A DNA stretch of 64,000 bases from an uncultured Chitinophaga sp. Its GTDB lineage: Bacteria > Bacteroidota > Bacteroidia > UKL13-3. Below the pieces are notes generated by a model that saw nothing but the letters and a program-made list of their open reading frames with translations, did not search any database and was not told where the DNA came from. Below are positions 1 to 10,275 of the stretch, piece after piece. Both the position numbers and the translations under genes were made by a program. Within the stretch, counting starts at the first letter, position 1, and every line of letters begins with the position of its first letter. The DNA is taken from the NCBI GenBank assembly GCA_964443415.1, contig CAYUDC010000001.1, positions 21,039 to 85,038 of the forward strand, given 5' to 3'.

Positions 1-503
1 AAATCATCTGAGTTTGCGCCTTTTAGCAGAAATAATGCCATTTCTCTTGGTAGTCTAACCGTATTTGAACCAGCTTTAAACGCTGTTGTTAGCCCAAACG
101 AATGATTGTTAAAGTTGATTAAGAAAGAAGGGCCATAGATGGCCGCATCGGCAAAGATGTAATTACTGGTTTTTAGGTCTCTTCTGATGTTATAAATTCT
201 ATCAAACTTTTCGTTGATAGATTCGCCATTAGTTGATTTACCAGTGATAGAGCTAACAATATTTGGATTTACATAGCTTGTGATGGGTTTTGGGTCTAGA
301 TAAAATCCATTATTTAGGATATTCATAGAAAAAGAGAACACCAATAGATCGGTGCCACCACTAAGGTGATTGGTAAACGCAGGATTTACTGTTGTGCCTA
401 TTACGCCTGCATGTTTACCAGTAGGAATTCCTCCAATAAATTGAGCTTTAAGCTGAAATGAAACAACAAAAAGAATGGTCAAAAATATAAGTAGCTTTTT
501 CAT
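1..503 (-). CDS. Hypothetical secreted or outer-membrane protein, partial (3' end lies beyond the window edge)
   Basis: I translated the minus strand by hand from the ATG at 503..501 down to position 1 and found no stop. The N-terminus MKKLLIFLTILFVVSFQLKAQ is a typical signal peptide. The rest is Gly/Asn/Ser/Thr-rich with no recognisable catalytic motif. The 6-frame track omits it because it is truncated. Confidence 0.45.
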   Translation of the reverse strand, partial: MKKLLIFLTILFVVSFQLKAQFIGGIPTGKHAGVIGTTVNPAFTNHLSGGTDLLVFSFSMNILNNGFYLDPKPITSYVNPNIVSSITGKSTNGESINEKFDRIYNIRRDLKTSNYIFADAAIYGPSFLINFNNHSFGLTTAFKAGSNTVRLPREMALFLLKGANSDD

Positions 504-535
504 CAATTTTCTATGGGTATATTTTTGTTTCATTT

Positions 536-1252
536 TTATGCTGCATGCGCAATACTTGCAATACTAAGTTTACAATTCGATTTTTCAATTACTTCTCTCA
601 CACAGCTTTCAATGGTGGCGCCTGTGGTAATTACATCGTCTACCAATAAAAGGTGCTTATTATTTAAATAGTTAGGGTTTTTCACGCCAAAAATTTCTTT
701 CACATTATCCCAACGTTCGGAACGCGACTTTTGTGTTTGAGTTTGTGTATTTTTTCTTCTAAAAAGTTGAGCGCTTAAATCTTCAATTTGCAAAGATTGG
801 CATAGTCCAGTGGCAAAAGCTTGACTTTGATTGTATCCCCGTTTCTTTAGTTTGATAGGGTGAAGCGGTATGGCAATAACTCCTTCTATGCCATTTATGG
901 CTTGAGTGGCTTTTAAGCGTTCTCCATACAAACTTCCTAAATAAACGGCCAAATCTTCGTTTCCTTTGTATTTTAACTCATGTAAAATCTTTTGGGTGAT
1001 GCCTCGTTGATTAAAGTATAAAAATGAGAAGGCTCTTTCAAATGGCACCTTCCCCCACAGCGACTTTTCAACGCCATTGTCTTGTTGCAAATGATATTGT
1101 GTTTCTGGCAATTCTAGCTGGCAATAGATGCACAAATGCTTTTCCCCTGTTACCAAAGATTGGTTACAGTTAAGACACAAATTGGGGAAAATCAATTGTA
1201 AAATGGATTCCAACATCAACCCGCAATTTACGAAGATATAGGGATTATTCAC
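536..1252 (-). CDS. ComF family protein / phosphoribosyltransferase-domain protein
   Basis: Four Cys in two N-terminal CxxC pairs (CLNCNQS...CIYCQ) form a double zinc ribbon. The C-terminal LLLVDDVITTGATI is the PRTase PRPP-binding motif. This matches the ComFC/GntX architecture. Confidence 0.7.
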   Translation of the reverse strand: MNNPYIFVNCGLMLESILQLIFPNLCLNCNQSLVTGEKHLCIYCQLELPETQYHLQQDNGVEKSLWGKVPFERAFSFLYFNQRGITQKILHELKYKGNEDLAVYLGSLYGERLKATQAINGIEGVIAIPLHPIKLKKRGYNQSQAFATGLCQSLQIEDLSAQLFRRKNTQTQTQKSRSERWDNVKEIFGVKNPNYLNNKHLLLVDDVITTGATIESCVREVIEKSNCKLSIASIAHAA

Positions 1253-1386
1253 TTAAATTTTACTTAATAACTCCTATAAGTAGTAATTTAGCATGAAAGG
1301 TTTGACAGGCCTAACACACTTAAAATTAGTGATTATATGTTGTTCCTTTCGTATATTCGATTCATCCAATCAATAAAAATTTCCCT

Positions 1387-2106
1387 ATGAAGCAGCAATT
1401 TTTTGACACCAAAATAGTAAATATTATCGAGGAAACGGCTAATACCAAGCGCTATTATTTTGAGGTAATTTCTGCCGAAAAATTTGAATTTAAAGCAGGT
1501 CAGTTCGTAATGCTTCAATTAGAAATAGATTCCAAAGTGCCTTATCGCTCGTATAGTATAGCTTCGAGCCCAAGCCAAAGCAATCAGTTTGAGCTTATTA
1601 TTGTGTTAAATCCTCCTGGGGCTGGAACACCCTTTATTTGGGATAATTTTGAGGTTGGCAGTATTGTAAAGTGCGCAGGTCCTCTAGGAAAATTTGTTTT
1701 GCCCGACCAGATAGACCATGATCTTTGTTTTATCAGCACAGGTACTGGTATTGCTCCGTTGCGCAGCATGTTAGGGTACATCCTAGAACATCAAATACCG
1801 CATCATAGGATATATTTTATCTTTGGTGCTAGAACAAAAAACGATCTTCTATATTACGATGAGTTAATTGAAATAGAAAAAAACCAAAAGTCGTTTCATT
1901 TTATCCCGGTTTTATCTAGAGAAACTCCAGAAACTTGGTCTGGGCGAATAGGATATGTGCATCAGGTGTATGAAGAAGTTTTTGCAAATAAACGTGCAGC
2001 GCATTTTTTTATTTGTGGATGGAGTGCCATGCTTAAAGAAGCTAGAGAAAAACTTGCTTTAATGGGTTATCAGAAAGAACATATACATTTTGAGCGGTAC
2101 GATTAA
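1387..2106 (+). CDS. Ferredoxin-NADP reductase family FAD/NAD(P)-binding oxidoreductase
   Basis: RSYSIAS is the FNR-type FAD-binding RxYS motif. GTGIAPLRSM is the NAD(P)-binding GTGxAP motif. Size is 239 aa. Confidence 0.7.
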   Translation: MKQQFFDTKIVNIIEETANTKRYYFEVISAEKFEFKAGQFVMLQLEIDSKVPYRSYSIASSPSQSNQFELIIVLNPPGAGTPFIWDNFEVGSIVKCAGPLGKFVLPDQIDHDLCFISTGTGIAPLRSMLGYILEHQIPHHRIYFIFGARTKNDLLYYDELIEIEKNQKSFHFIPVLSRETPETWSGRIGYVHQVYEEVFANKRAAHFFICGWSAMLKEAREKLALMGYQKEHIHFERYD

Positions 2107-2133
2107 GTATTTTTCTTAATTTCGCATCAGTAC

Positions 2134-3609
2134 ATGTTAAAACAAGGCTTACAGCAAACCCAAACCCAGAAGCTCTCTCCTCAGCAAATTCAGTTTATTA
2201 AACTGTTGCAGTTAAATTCTGTTGACATTCTTCAACGGATAGATCAGGAATTGATAGAAAATCCTGCACTATTAAAAGCAGATGATACCGATGCTGCGCC
2301 AGGTGAAACCGACCCCATTAGCGAATCGGAACTTGCCACTACTGACGAAGGGGCTGATCTTAATGTCAATGATTATCTGGCAGAAGAGAGCTTTGATGTG
2401 AAAGAGTATGTAAATGATGAGTACGATCCAGAAGGCTTTCACTTGAGTGACGAAGGAGATGAAGAACGCAAAGAGAGGCCTATCGTTGAATCTCATTCTT
2501 TTCATGAGGAATTGATGGAGCAGTTTAGTGCTATTGCCGAGAATGAAAAGGAGCTTACCATTGGTAACCAAATCATTGGATCTATAGACGATGATGGCTA
2601 TTTGCGCAGGCCTTTAACTGCCATTGCCAATGATTTAGCTTTTTCTATGAATGTAGATACTACTTTAGATGAATTAGCAAAAGTCTTGGTTAAGATTCAA
2701 AACCTTGATCCTGCCGGAATTGGCGCAACTTCTCTCCAAGAGTGTTTATTACTTCAGCTCAAAAGAAAGGATCAAAAAAATCAAAATGTTAAGCTGGCAA
2801 CCATCATTTTATCTGATTACTTTGATGATTTCACCAAGAAACATTACGAAAAACTTTCTCGACAACTTAAAATTTCGGATGAGGAGCTTAAGTTGTGCAT
2901 TCAGGTGATCACTAAGCTAAACCCAAAACCAGGTGAGTCAATTGATACATCTGCCACTCAATATATCACTCCCGACTTTGTGCTTATTGAGGAAGCAGAC
3001 AAATTGGTGGTTCACCTCAACTCAAGAAATGCGCCCGACTTAAGAATTAGCAGAAGCTATTTAGAAACCCTAAAAGGCTTCGATGAGGCGAAAGCACCTA
3101 CTAGAGAGCAAAAGGAAACTGCTCAATTTATTAAGCAAAAACTGGATGGTGCCAGATGGTTTATTGATAGTATTAGGCAAAGACATCAAACTTTGTTGGG
3201 TACCATGAATGCCATTCTTAAATTTCAATATAAGTTTTTTGAAGAGGGCGATGAAACTTTTTTACGCCCTATGATTTTAAAAGACATTGCCGAAATAACT
3301 GGTTTAGATATTTCAACCATTAGTAGGGTGGCAAATAGCAAATATGTTCAAACTTCTTATGGTACATTTCCTCTGAAATTTTTCTTTAGTGAAGGTATTC
3401 AAACCGATGATGGGGAAGAAGTAAGTAGCCGAGAAGTAAAGAAAATATTAAAGGATGCAATTGAGGCTGAAGACAAATCAAAACCTTTACCAGATGAAAG
3501 GTTGATGGATATCTTAAAAGAAAAGGGATACAATATTGCAAGAAGAACAGTGGCAAAATATAGGGAGCAAATGAACATTCCTGTGGCCCGTTTAAGAAAA
3601 GAGATCTAA
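2134..3609 (+). CDS. rpoN: RNA polymerase sigma-54 factor
   Basis: Gln-rich N-terminus (LQQTQTQKLSPQQIQFIKLLQL), acidic linker, and the C-terminal RpoN box ARRTVAKYREQMNIPVA. Confidence 0.92.
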   Translation: MLKQGLQQTQTQKLSPQQIQFIKLLQLNSVDILQRIDQELIENPALLKADDTDAAPGETDPISESELATTDEGADLNVNDYLAEESFDVKEYVNDEYDPEGFHLSDEGDEERKERPIVESHSFHEELMEQFSAIAENEKELTIGNQIIGSIDDDGYLRRPLTAIANDLAFSMNVDTTLDELAKVLVKIQNLDPAGIGATSLQECLLLQLKRKDQKNQNVKLATIILSDYFDDFTKKHYEKLSRQLKISDEELKLCIQVITKLNPKPGESIDTSATQYITPDFVLIEEADKLVVHLNSRNAPDLRISRSYLETLKGFDEAKAPTREQKETAQFIKQKLDGARWFIDSIRQRHQTLLGTMNAILKFQYKFFEEGDETFLRPMILKDIAEITGLDISTISRVANSKYVQTSYGTFPLKFFFSEGIQTDDGEEVSSREVKKILKDAIEAEDKSKPLPDERLMDILKEKGYNIARRTVAKYREQMNIPVARLRKEI

Positions 3610-3684
3610 CCTTTGTGGGGTTAGACCTCCTTCACCTAAATATTAGCCTATTTTCCTGCCAAAATAGACTAATAGATAAGCACT

Positions 3685-4809
3685 TTATTTGATGTATTCG
3701 TAAGATTTTTTTGGGTCGTAGTTTGACCCAATCATTTTTTTGAATTTAACACGGTATAGTCTAGTTTTGATTATATTTAATAGGCTTTCACCATATTTAG
3801 TAAGCAGGATGCCAACTGCTAATCCAAAAGTTGAGATGATGTAAAACGCATCAAATGATACCTGAGAAATTTGGTTCAACCCGAATAAAAGTACAGAAGC
3901 CAACATTACTAAGTATAAGGGAGGTCGCAGATAGTTAAGCCCAAATACAATCTTATCTAAATTTGGCTTTTTAAGGCCTGCAAACAAAAGATTGATACCT
4001 AAGCCAAGGTTATACAAATACATTTTTAATTCGAACTTTTTCTTTGCATTTAGGGCTTTAGTATCTAGTGTTTTGGCAAAAACTCTAGCCTCAGAGTCGT
4101 AATCTATTTTCACAGAGTTTAATATGATTTGGGCTTGTAATAACTTGTCATTTACCCCAACCATATTAAAATCAATTTCGTCATAGATGCTTTTATCAAG
4201 CATAAATCCTTGACCCCAAATGCTAGCCGAAATTCCTACAGAACTTGGAACTTCTCTATCAAGTGAGTCTAAAAATATTCTGGCAATTTTTTGATAATTT
4301 ATTAAGCTTTCATTGTTGCCATTTACTATCACTTGCGATTGAACCGCCAATTTTCCTTTAAGTAAATTCAGGTTCATTTTAGCAAGATAATCTCTACTTA
4401 AACTGGTTTGAGCATGTAAAGCTATGATTGCTTTTGGCTCAGAAATAAAATGTGATTTAGCAGTTTCTAGCAGATTAAGACCTGTTTCGTCGTTTGACTG
4501 TAAGCTGATTATCTTAATTTGTGGCAAATGATTTGATAATACGATGGCTTGTTTAACAAAAAAGTACGCACTGTAATTTTTGTATTGTTGCAGCTGGAGC
4601 TCTTGCACCCTTGCCAATATGTCGTTTTCATTAGCAGTATCAAAAAACACGATGGCTAATGGGTTTTCAAAAATTTCATTTAGCGAACTTTGCTTAGCAA
4701 CATCTTCTGCAGCAACATTCTTAAACAGATAGGCAGCTATCAAAAACAACATCGAAATGATATAGGCTGCTAAAATAAGCTCGGCAAATAAAATACATAC
4801 AAAGGCCAT
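3685..4809 (-). CDS. Hypothetical integral membrane protein (possibly glycosyltransferase-like)
   Basis: N-terminal TM helix, a soluble central domain of about 230 aa, and two or three C-terminal TM helices. I could not find a convincing catalytic motif. Confidence 0.3.
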   Translation of the reverse strand: MAFVCILFAELILAAYIISMLFLIAAYLFKNVAAEDVAKQSSLNEIFENPLAIVFFDTANENDILARVQELQLQQYKNYSAYFFVKQAIVLSNHLPQIKIISLQSNDETGLNLLETAKSHFISEPKAIIALHAQTSLSRDYLAKMNLNLLKGKLAVQSQVIVNGNNESLINYQKIARIFLDSLDREVPSSVGISASIWGQGFMLDKSIYDEIDFNMVGVNDKLLQAQIILNSVKIDYDSEARVFAKTLDTKALNAKKKFELKMYLYNLGLGINLLFAGLKKPNLDKIVFGLNYLRPPLYLVMLASVLLFGLNQISQVSFDAFYIISTFGLAVGILLTKYGESLLNIIKTRLYRVKFKKMIGSNYDPKKSYEYIK

Positions 4810-5029
4810 CCGCAGTTAATTTAGGTGTTTTCAAATCACACAAATCCCTTTCCGATGACAAATATATGCTGATAAATGGTTATAAATCTTATTTAGATGG
4901 CAAGACATAATCCTCTTTCCATCTAACTAACACATTTTCAGGCTAAAAATTATTTTTTTAGCGGCGAATTAAATTGTAAAAAGACTATTTAAACAGTAAA
5001 TATTTTATTTAAGTGGATGTAAAAAGAGT

Positions 5030-5341
5030 TTAAATCACATCCTCAAGGAGTGTTCTAAAAGCTACAAATTTACCCTCAAATAATTTCTTGGTTTCTGCTT
5101 GAAGTGCTGGTGCGTATTTGCTTTGATATTCTTCGTACATGTCCATGTTTTCGCATACATATTGTATGGCATATGTCTTGCCAGTCTCATCTTCTTGCCG
5201 GCTAATTAAGCGAAGCATTTTATATTCACGGAACATTTGGGTTGCCATCACTTGAGGTAAATGTTCCTTCTTCATCCAATTCAACCATTGGTCGTGTACC
5301 TCGTCTTCTACATTAATTGTTACGTTATAAATTATCATCAT
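5030..5341 (-). CDS. DUF4286-like small protein
   Basis: A 103-aa ORF whose start shares one base with the upstream TPR gene stop (TAATG). Composition and size fit the Bacteroidota DUF4286 family. This is family-level recall only. Confidence 0.45.
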   Translation of the reverse strand: MMIIYNVTINVEDEVHDQWLNWMKKEHLPQVMATQMFREYKMLRLISRQEDETGKTYAIQYVCENMDMYEEYQSKYAPALQAETKKLFEGKFVAFRTLLEDVI

Positions 5342-7149
5342 TAATTAATTTGATCACCTCGTAGTTGTCTAAATTGCTTCACACAATCATTCAAGAAAAA
5401 GCTACCAGGGTATTGTTCAATAAATTTTTCGTAGTTCTTTAGTGCCTCTTGTTTTAGGTTTAATTTATTTTGTTGAACCCAAGCCAAATTATACAGTGCA
5501 TTGTCTCCTAATATATCATCGCCATAGTTTTCAAATACCTTTTGAAACATTCGCACAGCCTCATCATGGTCTTTTTGTTTGAGTGCAATTTCTGCTTTTT
5601 TATAATAAATGTCATCCATCAATTTAGATTTAGGATGCAGGGTAATCAAACTATCTAGAATTTGCAGGGCCACTATAAAATTATTTTGAGCAAAATTTAA
5701 ATCGGCTTTAGCGAACATTAAAAGGGGGTCTATTTCTAGGCTATCGATGGTGTTGTCTTGAATGAGTAAACTTAACTCAATTGCGTTATTAGAAATGAGT
5801 TGGGTGGTGGCAGTTTTTAACACATCTAATTGGGCTTTTGCCCAATCAAATTCGCCTAAATAATAACTCAATTTGGCATTCCTAAATTTTGCCTCTTGCC
5901 CGATAGGCTCTTCCAGAAATTCTTTATCAACTTGGCCGTAAAGTAACATTGATTCCCAAACCTCATTTTTAAGAATATAAAGGTCGCCCAACTCTAATTT
6001 AACTTGAGCTTGCAAGTATTTATCCAATCGTGGCATTTTTAATAAGGTCTCATAATTTATTATGGCGTCTTCATATTTATTTAAATAGAATGCTTGCAAG
6101 TTTGCCAATTGTTTGATTACAGGTGCATTAATCGGATTTATGCCATATTCTAATAAGTTTTGTTTAAACTCATTTTCTAAAATAATAAGATCTTCTTTGG
6201 TATAATTTCCCTGAATAAGCTTTCTTGTTCTTGATTCTAATTCGTTAGTTCTAGCAAAATTGTAATAGGGTTTATCTTTTCCTTGGGCTTGAATTTGCTT
6301 ATAAATATTAATAGCAGCATCATATTTTTGATTATTGCTGGCCATCAACCCTAACTCTAACAAACGTCTGCCTTCTTCTTTGTTTTTTTTGTCTAAGGCT
6401 TTGGCATAAATTGAGGCAAGTTCATATTCATTTTTCTGAACATGCATCCAAATGAGTAGTTCTTGAAAGCAGTATTTATCTGGAAATTGCTTGGTTTTTT
6501 TGGTTAGTGCAGTTTTCAGCATTTCAAATTCTTCATTTGATTCGAGGGTATTCTGAAACATACCTTCTATCTCTTCCAGCAATTGTTCGTTTGGCACTAA
6601 AGATTGCAGAGCCTCTTCAATAAAATTACGCTTATCGCCTAATTCTAGGTAGAGCCCTGATAGCTCAGAAGCGTACAATGAATTATTATCTAAGGCTTTT
6701 CTGCTGTTTAGATAAGCTTCAACAGCATAAGAAATTAGACCCCGCTTTTCAAAAGCTTTTGCCAATTCAAAGACTTTTGATTCTAATGGTGGCATGCCTT
6801 GAATGAGTTTATTAAAGACTGTATTTGCCTTATCAGCTTGATTTTGAATTTTTAATAAATAGCCTTCATCTACTAAGTAGAAGTAATTTCCTTCAAATTT
6901 TTTTGCTTGTTTTTTTGCCAATTTCTGAGCCGAATTCAGGTCATTTAAACCTATGTAAGATTTGAGCAAGTTGTCATAAAGATACATCGACCTTGGGTTG
7001 TTGGCTAGCAACTTCTCATACTTGTCTGCTGCCTTTTCATATTCTTTAGCGGCTAAAAATTGAGCAGCTAATTCTTCGTCTGCTTTTTGGGCATGGCTTA
7101 GAGAGGCGCTGCAGAAAATGAAAAGTATTAAAAGTAGTTTTTGGCACAT
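5341..7149 (-). CDS. Tetratricopeptide-repeat protein with signal peptide
   Basis: Signal peptide MCQKLLLILFIFCSASLSHAQ, then about 570 aa of TPR-like helical repeats with recurring A/Y/L/N spacing. Confidence 0.7.
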   Translation of the reverse strand: MCQKLLLILFIFCSASLSHAQKADEELAAQFLAAKEYEKAADKYEKLLANNPRSMYLYDNLLKSYIGLNDLNSAQKLAKKQAKKFEGNYFYLVDEGYLLKIQNQADKANTVFNKLIQGMPPLESKVFELAKAFEKRGLISYAVEAYLNSRKALDNNSLYASELSGLYLELGDKRNFIEEALQSLVPNEQLLEEIEGMFQNTLESNEEFEMLKTALTKKTKQFPDKYCFQELLIWMHVQKNEYELASIYAKALDKKNKEEGRRLLELGLMASNNQKYDAAINIYKQIQAQGKDKPYYNFARTNELESRTRKLIQGNYTKEDLIILENEFKQNLLEYGINPINAPVIKQLANLQAFYLNKYEDAIINYETLLKMPRLDKYLQAQVKLELGDLYILKNEVWESMLLYGQVDKEFLEEPIGQEAKFRNAKLSYYLGEFDWAKAQLDVLKTATTQLISNNAIELSLLIQDNTIDSLEIDPLLMFAKADLNFAQNNFIVALQILDSLITLHPKSKLMDDIYYKKAEIALKQKDHDEAVRMFQKVFENYGDDILGDNALYNLAWVQQNKLNLKQEALKNYEKFIEQYPGSFFLNDCVKQFRQLRGDQIN

Positions 7150-7208
7150 ATCAGATTGAACAAATTTAGCTATAATTTAGATTAGATTATCTTAGGATAC
7201 TTTTTTAG

Positions 7209-8723
7209 GTGATTTTACGCTTCTTTGTAATAAATATTATAATTTCTGTGAGTACAATTAAAAAACTGGTAAGTGATACTGCGGTGTATGGTCTTAGCAG
7301 CATTGTGGGTAGACTGATTAATTATTTGTTGGTACCATTACTTACTAGAGTTTTTACTCAGGCCGAATATGGCGCCAATGCAGAGTTTTATGGTTATATT
7401 TCTTTTTTAAATATATTATTAGCTCATGGCATGGAGACCGCATTTTTTAGGTTTTCACAAGAGCAAAAACCCCAACAGGTTTTTGCCAATGCCTTTATCT
7501 CTGTGTTAAGCGTTTCTACTTTATTTGGTTTATTCATTTTGTTCTTTAGTGGCCAAATTTCTAAATGGATTGGATATGAAAATCATCCAGAATTTATTTG
7601 GTATTCTGCAGGCATATTAATTTTTGATGCCTTATCAGCTATTCCATTTGCCTTGCTAAGGCATCAAAATAAGGCTTTAAAGTTTGCCATTATTAAAAAT
7701 GTGAACATACTTCTAAATATTTTGGCCACACTCTATTTATTAATGGCTGGCCCTTACTTCATGGAACATTCTCAAATTAGTTTGCCATTTTGGAGAGAAA
7801 ATTTGGGCATTAATGCAGTATTTATAGCCAATTTGGTGGCAAGTATTGTTACCTTTTTGCTTTTACTTAAAGAGGTGCGTTGGGTTAGTATAGGGTTTGA
7901 TCCAACACTTTGGCGAAGGATGATTTCTTATGCAAATCCAATGATTTGGGTTGGCCTTGCAGGCATGGTAAACGAAACGTTAGATAGGGTAATTTTAAAA
8001 TATGTTTGGCCTAATTTAAATGAAGCCGTAGAAATGAATGGCGTTTATGCTGCAAATTATAAGTTATCCATCATCATCACCTTGTTTATTCAAGCCTATA
8101 AATATGCTGCAGAACCCTTCTTTTTTGCTCATGCCAAACAAACAACTAAAACCGATCTTTATGCACAGGTGATGAATTATTTTGCCTGGTTATGCATGTT
8201 TATTTTCTTGGTGGTGATGTTGTTTATAGACTACTTTAAAGTTTTTATTGGGCCCGAGTTTCATGAAGGATTGGGCGTTGTGCCTATTTTGCTTTGGGCT
8301 AACATTTTTCTTGGCATGTATTATAATGTATCTATTTGGTATAAACTTACAGATCAAACCCAGAAGGGGGCACAGATATCTATTTATGGGGCCATAATTA
8401 CCATTACCCTCAATTTAATTCTTATTCCTTTTTATGGATTTATGGGTTGTGCCATCACTACGTTGGTATGTTATTTTTTTATGTTAGTGTTAGGCTATTG
8501 GTGGGGTCAGAAATATTATCCCATTCCATATCAGCTGAATAGAATTCTAACTTATACACTTGTTTCTTTGTCGCTTTATTTTTTGGTTCAAACCGAAAGC
8601 TTGCAATTTGATACCCAACCATTGTATTATTTTTCTATTAGATTTTTGTTTCTTAGTATATTTATATTCTTGGGATTTTGGTTAGAGCGTGGCTCAATAA
8701 AAACTTTATTAGTAAAAAAGTAA
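7209..8723 (+). CDS. Polysaccharide biosynthesis protein / oligosaccharide flippase (MOP/Wzx family)
   Basis: About 12 predicted TM helices over 504 aa. The N-terminal region [32 protein letters not shown] is typical of Wzx-like polysaccharide-biosynthesis proteins. Confidence 0.7.
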   Translation: MILRFFVINIIISVSTIKKLVSDTAVYGLSSIVGRLINYLLVPLLTRVFTQAEYGANAEFYGYISFLNILLAHGMETAFFRFSQEQKPQQVFANAFISVLSVSTLFGLFILFFSGQISKWIGYENHPEFIWYSAGILIFDALSAIPFALLRHQNKALKFAIIKNVNILLNILATLYLLMAGPYFMEHSQISLPFWRENLGINAVFIANLVASIVTFLLLLKEVRWVSIGFDPTLWRRMISYANPMIWVGLAGMVNETLDRVILKYVWPNLNEAVEMNGVYAANYKLSIIITLFIQAYKYAAEPFFFAHAKQTTKTDLYAQVMNYFAWLCMFIFLVVMLFIDYFKVFIGPEFHEGLGVVPILLWANIFLGMYYNVSIWYKLTDQTQKGAQISIYGAIITITLNLILIPFYGFMGCAITTLVCYFFMLVLGYWWGQKYYPIPYQLNRILTYTLVSLSLYFLVQTESLQFDTQPLYYFSIRFLFLSIFIFLGFWLERGSIKTLLVKK

Positions 8724-8725
8724 AC

Positions 8726-9157
8726 ATGAACGTAAAAGTTATAAATTTATCTGATAATTCTTTGCCTGAGTACCAAACGCCCTCTGCTGCTGGCTTAGAT
8801 GTATGTGCCTTTTTAGCAGAGTCTGTTTTAATTAAACCAATGGAAAGGTTGCTTATTCCAACAGGTTTGTATTTAGAAATTCCAGATGGATATGAAGTTC
8901 AAATTAGGCCGCGTAGCGGATTAGCACTAAAACATGGAATTACTGTCTTAAACAGCCCTGGAACCATTGATGCTGATTATAGAGGCGAAGTGAAGGTATT
9001 GTTAATTAATTTAGGTTCTGAAACCTTTGAGATAAAGTCGGGGGAGCGGATAGCTCAAATGATTTTGGCTAAGCACGAGACACTTCAATGGCAGGCTGTT
9101 ACAGAACTAGCTAGCTCTAAAAGGGGTGCTGGAGGATATGGCAGTACGGGCAAATAA
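8726..9157 (+). CDS. dut: dUTP diphosphatase
   Basis: Trimeric dUTPase motifs: [35 protein letters not shown], and C-terminal GYGSTG. I chose the ATG at 8726 (MNVKV...) over the track start at 8678, which would overlap the flippase. Only 2 nt separate the flippase stop from this ATG. Confidence 0.92.
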   Translation: MNVKVINLSDNSLPEYQTPSAAGLDVCAFLAESVLIKPMERLLIPTGLYLEIPDGYEVQIRPRSGLALKHGITVLNSPGTIDADYRGEVKVLLINLGSETFEIKSGERIAQMILAKHETLQWQAVTELASSKRGAGGYGSTGK

Positions 9158-9222
9158 TTAATCCCTATGAGGTTTTGAAATTTTAGTGCTTTATATTAGG
9201 TTGCGAAAAATCTAGATTTAAG

Positions 9223-10233
9223 ATGAAAATTATAGTACCTATGGCAGGTATGGGAAAGCGTATGAGACCCCATACTTTAACTGTACCAAAACCCTTAATT
9301 CCGGTTGCCGGAAAACCAATTGTACAAAAGATCATCGAAGACCTTGAAAAGGTCTGCGGAACAGGCATCGAAGAGGTGGCCTATATTATCGGACCCACTT
9401 TTGGAGAAGCAGTAGAGAAGCAATTGGTTTCGGTTGCAGAAAAATTAGGGGCTAAGGGTAGTATTTATTACCAACATGAGCCTCTAGGAACTGCCCATGC
9501 CATTATGTGTGCCAAAGAGAGTTTAGATGGAAATGTGCTAGTAGTTTTTGCAGACACATTGTTTAAGGCAGATTTTACCTTAGACCGCTCAAAGGACGGG
9601 ATTATTTGGGTACAAAAGGTAGAAGATCCAAGGCCTTTTGGAGTAGTTAAAGTTAACCAAGAAAACGTAATAACTGATTTTGTTGAGAAGCCAGAAAATT
9701 TTGTTTCTGATTTAGCCATTATAGGAATTTATTATTTTAAAGATGGAGTTAATCTTAGGGCAGAATTACAGTACCTATTAGACAACGATATCAGAGAAAA
9801 GGGAGAATATCAACTTACCAATGCTTTGGAAAATATGAAAGCTAAGGGCTTAAAATTTGAGCCTGGTAAAGTTACTGAGTGGTTAGATTGCGGTAATAAA
9901 AACTCTACGGTTTACACTAATTCTCGCATTTTACATTTTATGCATGAGGCTGGTAACAAGATGGTAGATGAGAGCGTTCAACTTATTGATTCACATGTTA
10001 TTCAGCCAAGCCTTATTGGTAAGAATGTAAAGATTACTCGAAGTATCATTGGGCCAAATGCTACCATTGCAGATAACTGTGTCATTGAAAATTCAGTAGT
10101 TGGAAATTGTATTATTCAATCAAACACCAAAATTTCAAATGCCAATATTGACAATGCGATGATTGGTAGTAGTGTTGTTTACCATGGTGAGGCAAAGGAT
10201 TTAAGCATTGGCGACTTTACCACCGTTCAGTAA
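9223..10233 (+). CDS. Sugar-phosphate nucleotidyltransferase with C-terminal left-handed beta-helix
   Basis: N-terminal NTP-transferase signature IVPMAGMGKRMRP...PKPLIPVAGKPI. The C-terminus carries hexapeptide repeats (IGKNVKITRSIIGPNATIADNCVIENSVVGNCII). Confidence 0.75.
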   Translation: MKIIVPMAGMGKRMRPHTLTVPKPLIPVAGKPIVQKIIEDLEKVCGTGIEEVAYIIGPTFGEAVEKQLVSVAEKLGAKGSIYYQHEPLGTAHAIMCAKESLDGNVLVVFADTLFKADFTLDRSKDGIIWVQKVEDPRPFGVVKVNQENVITDFVEKPENFVSDLAIIGIYYFKDGVNLRAELQYLLDNDIREKGEYQLTNALENMKAKGLKFEPGKVTEWLDCGNKNSTVYTNSRILHFMHEAGNKMVDESVQLIDSHVIQPSLIGKNVKITRSIIGPNATIADNCVIENSVVGNCIIQSNTKISNANIDNAMIGSSVVYHGEAKDLSIGDFTTVQ

Positions 10234-10275
10234 TTTACCCAAGCTTATTGCGTTGTTACTGCATATCTAATAGCT

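Noticed and set aside
1333-1781. 61-aa and 65-aa minus-strand ORFs
   Set aside because: They overlap the start and body of the FNR-family oxidoreductase gene on the opposite strand and have no motifs.
2272-2908. Two small ORFs (99 aa on the minus strand, 67 aa on the plus strand) inside rpoN
   Set aside because: One is antisense and the other an alternative frame of a high-confidence sigma-54 gene. Neither has signal.
3711-3735. Palindrome TTGGGTC-N7-GACCCAA that looks like a terminator
   Set aside because: It lies within the last codons (GSNYDPKK) of the 3685-4809 minus-strand CDS, not in intergenic DNA. It is likely coincidental.
8678-8725. Longer dut start ([10 protein letters not shown]...) given by the ORF track
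   Set aside because: It would overlap the flippase gene by 46 nt. The dUTPase homology begins at MNVKV (ATG 8726), which sits 2 nt after the flippase stop.
9183-9719. 61-aa and 83-aa minus-strand ORFs
   Set aside because: They are antisense to the nucleotidyltransferase gene.
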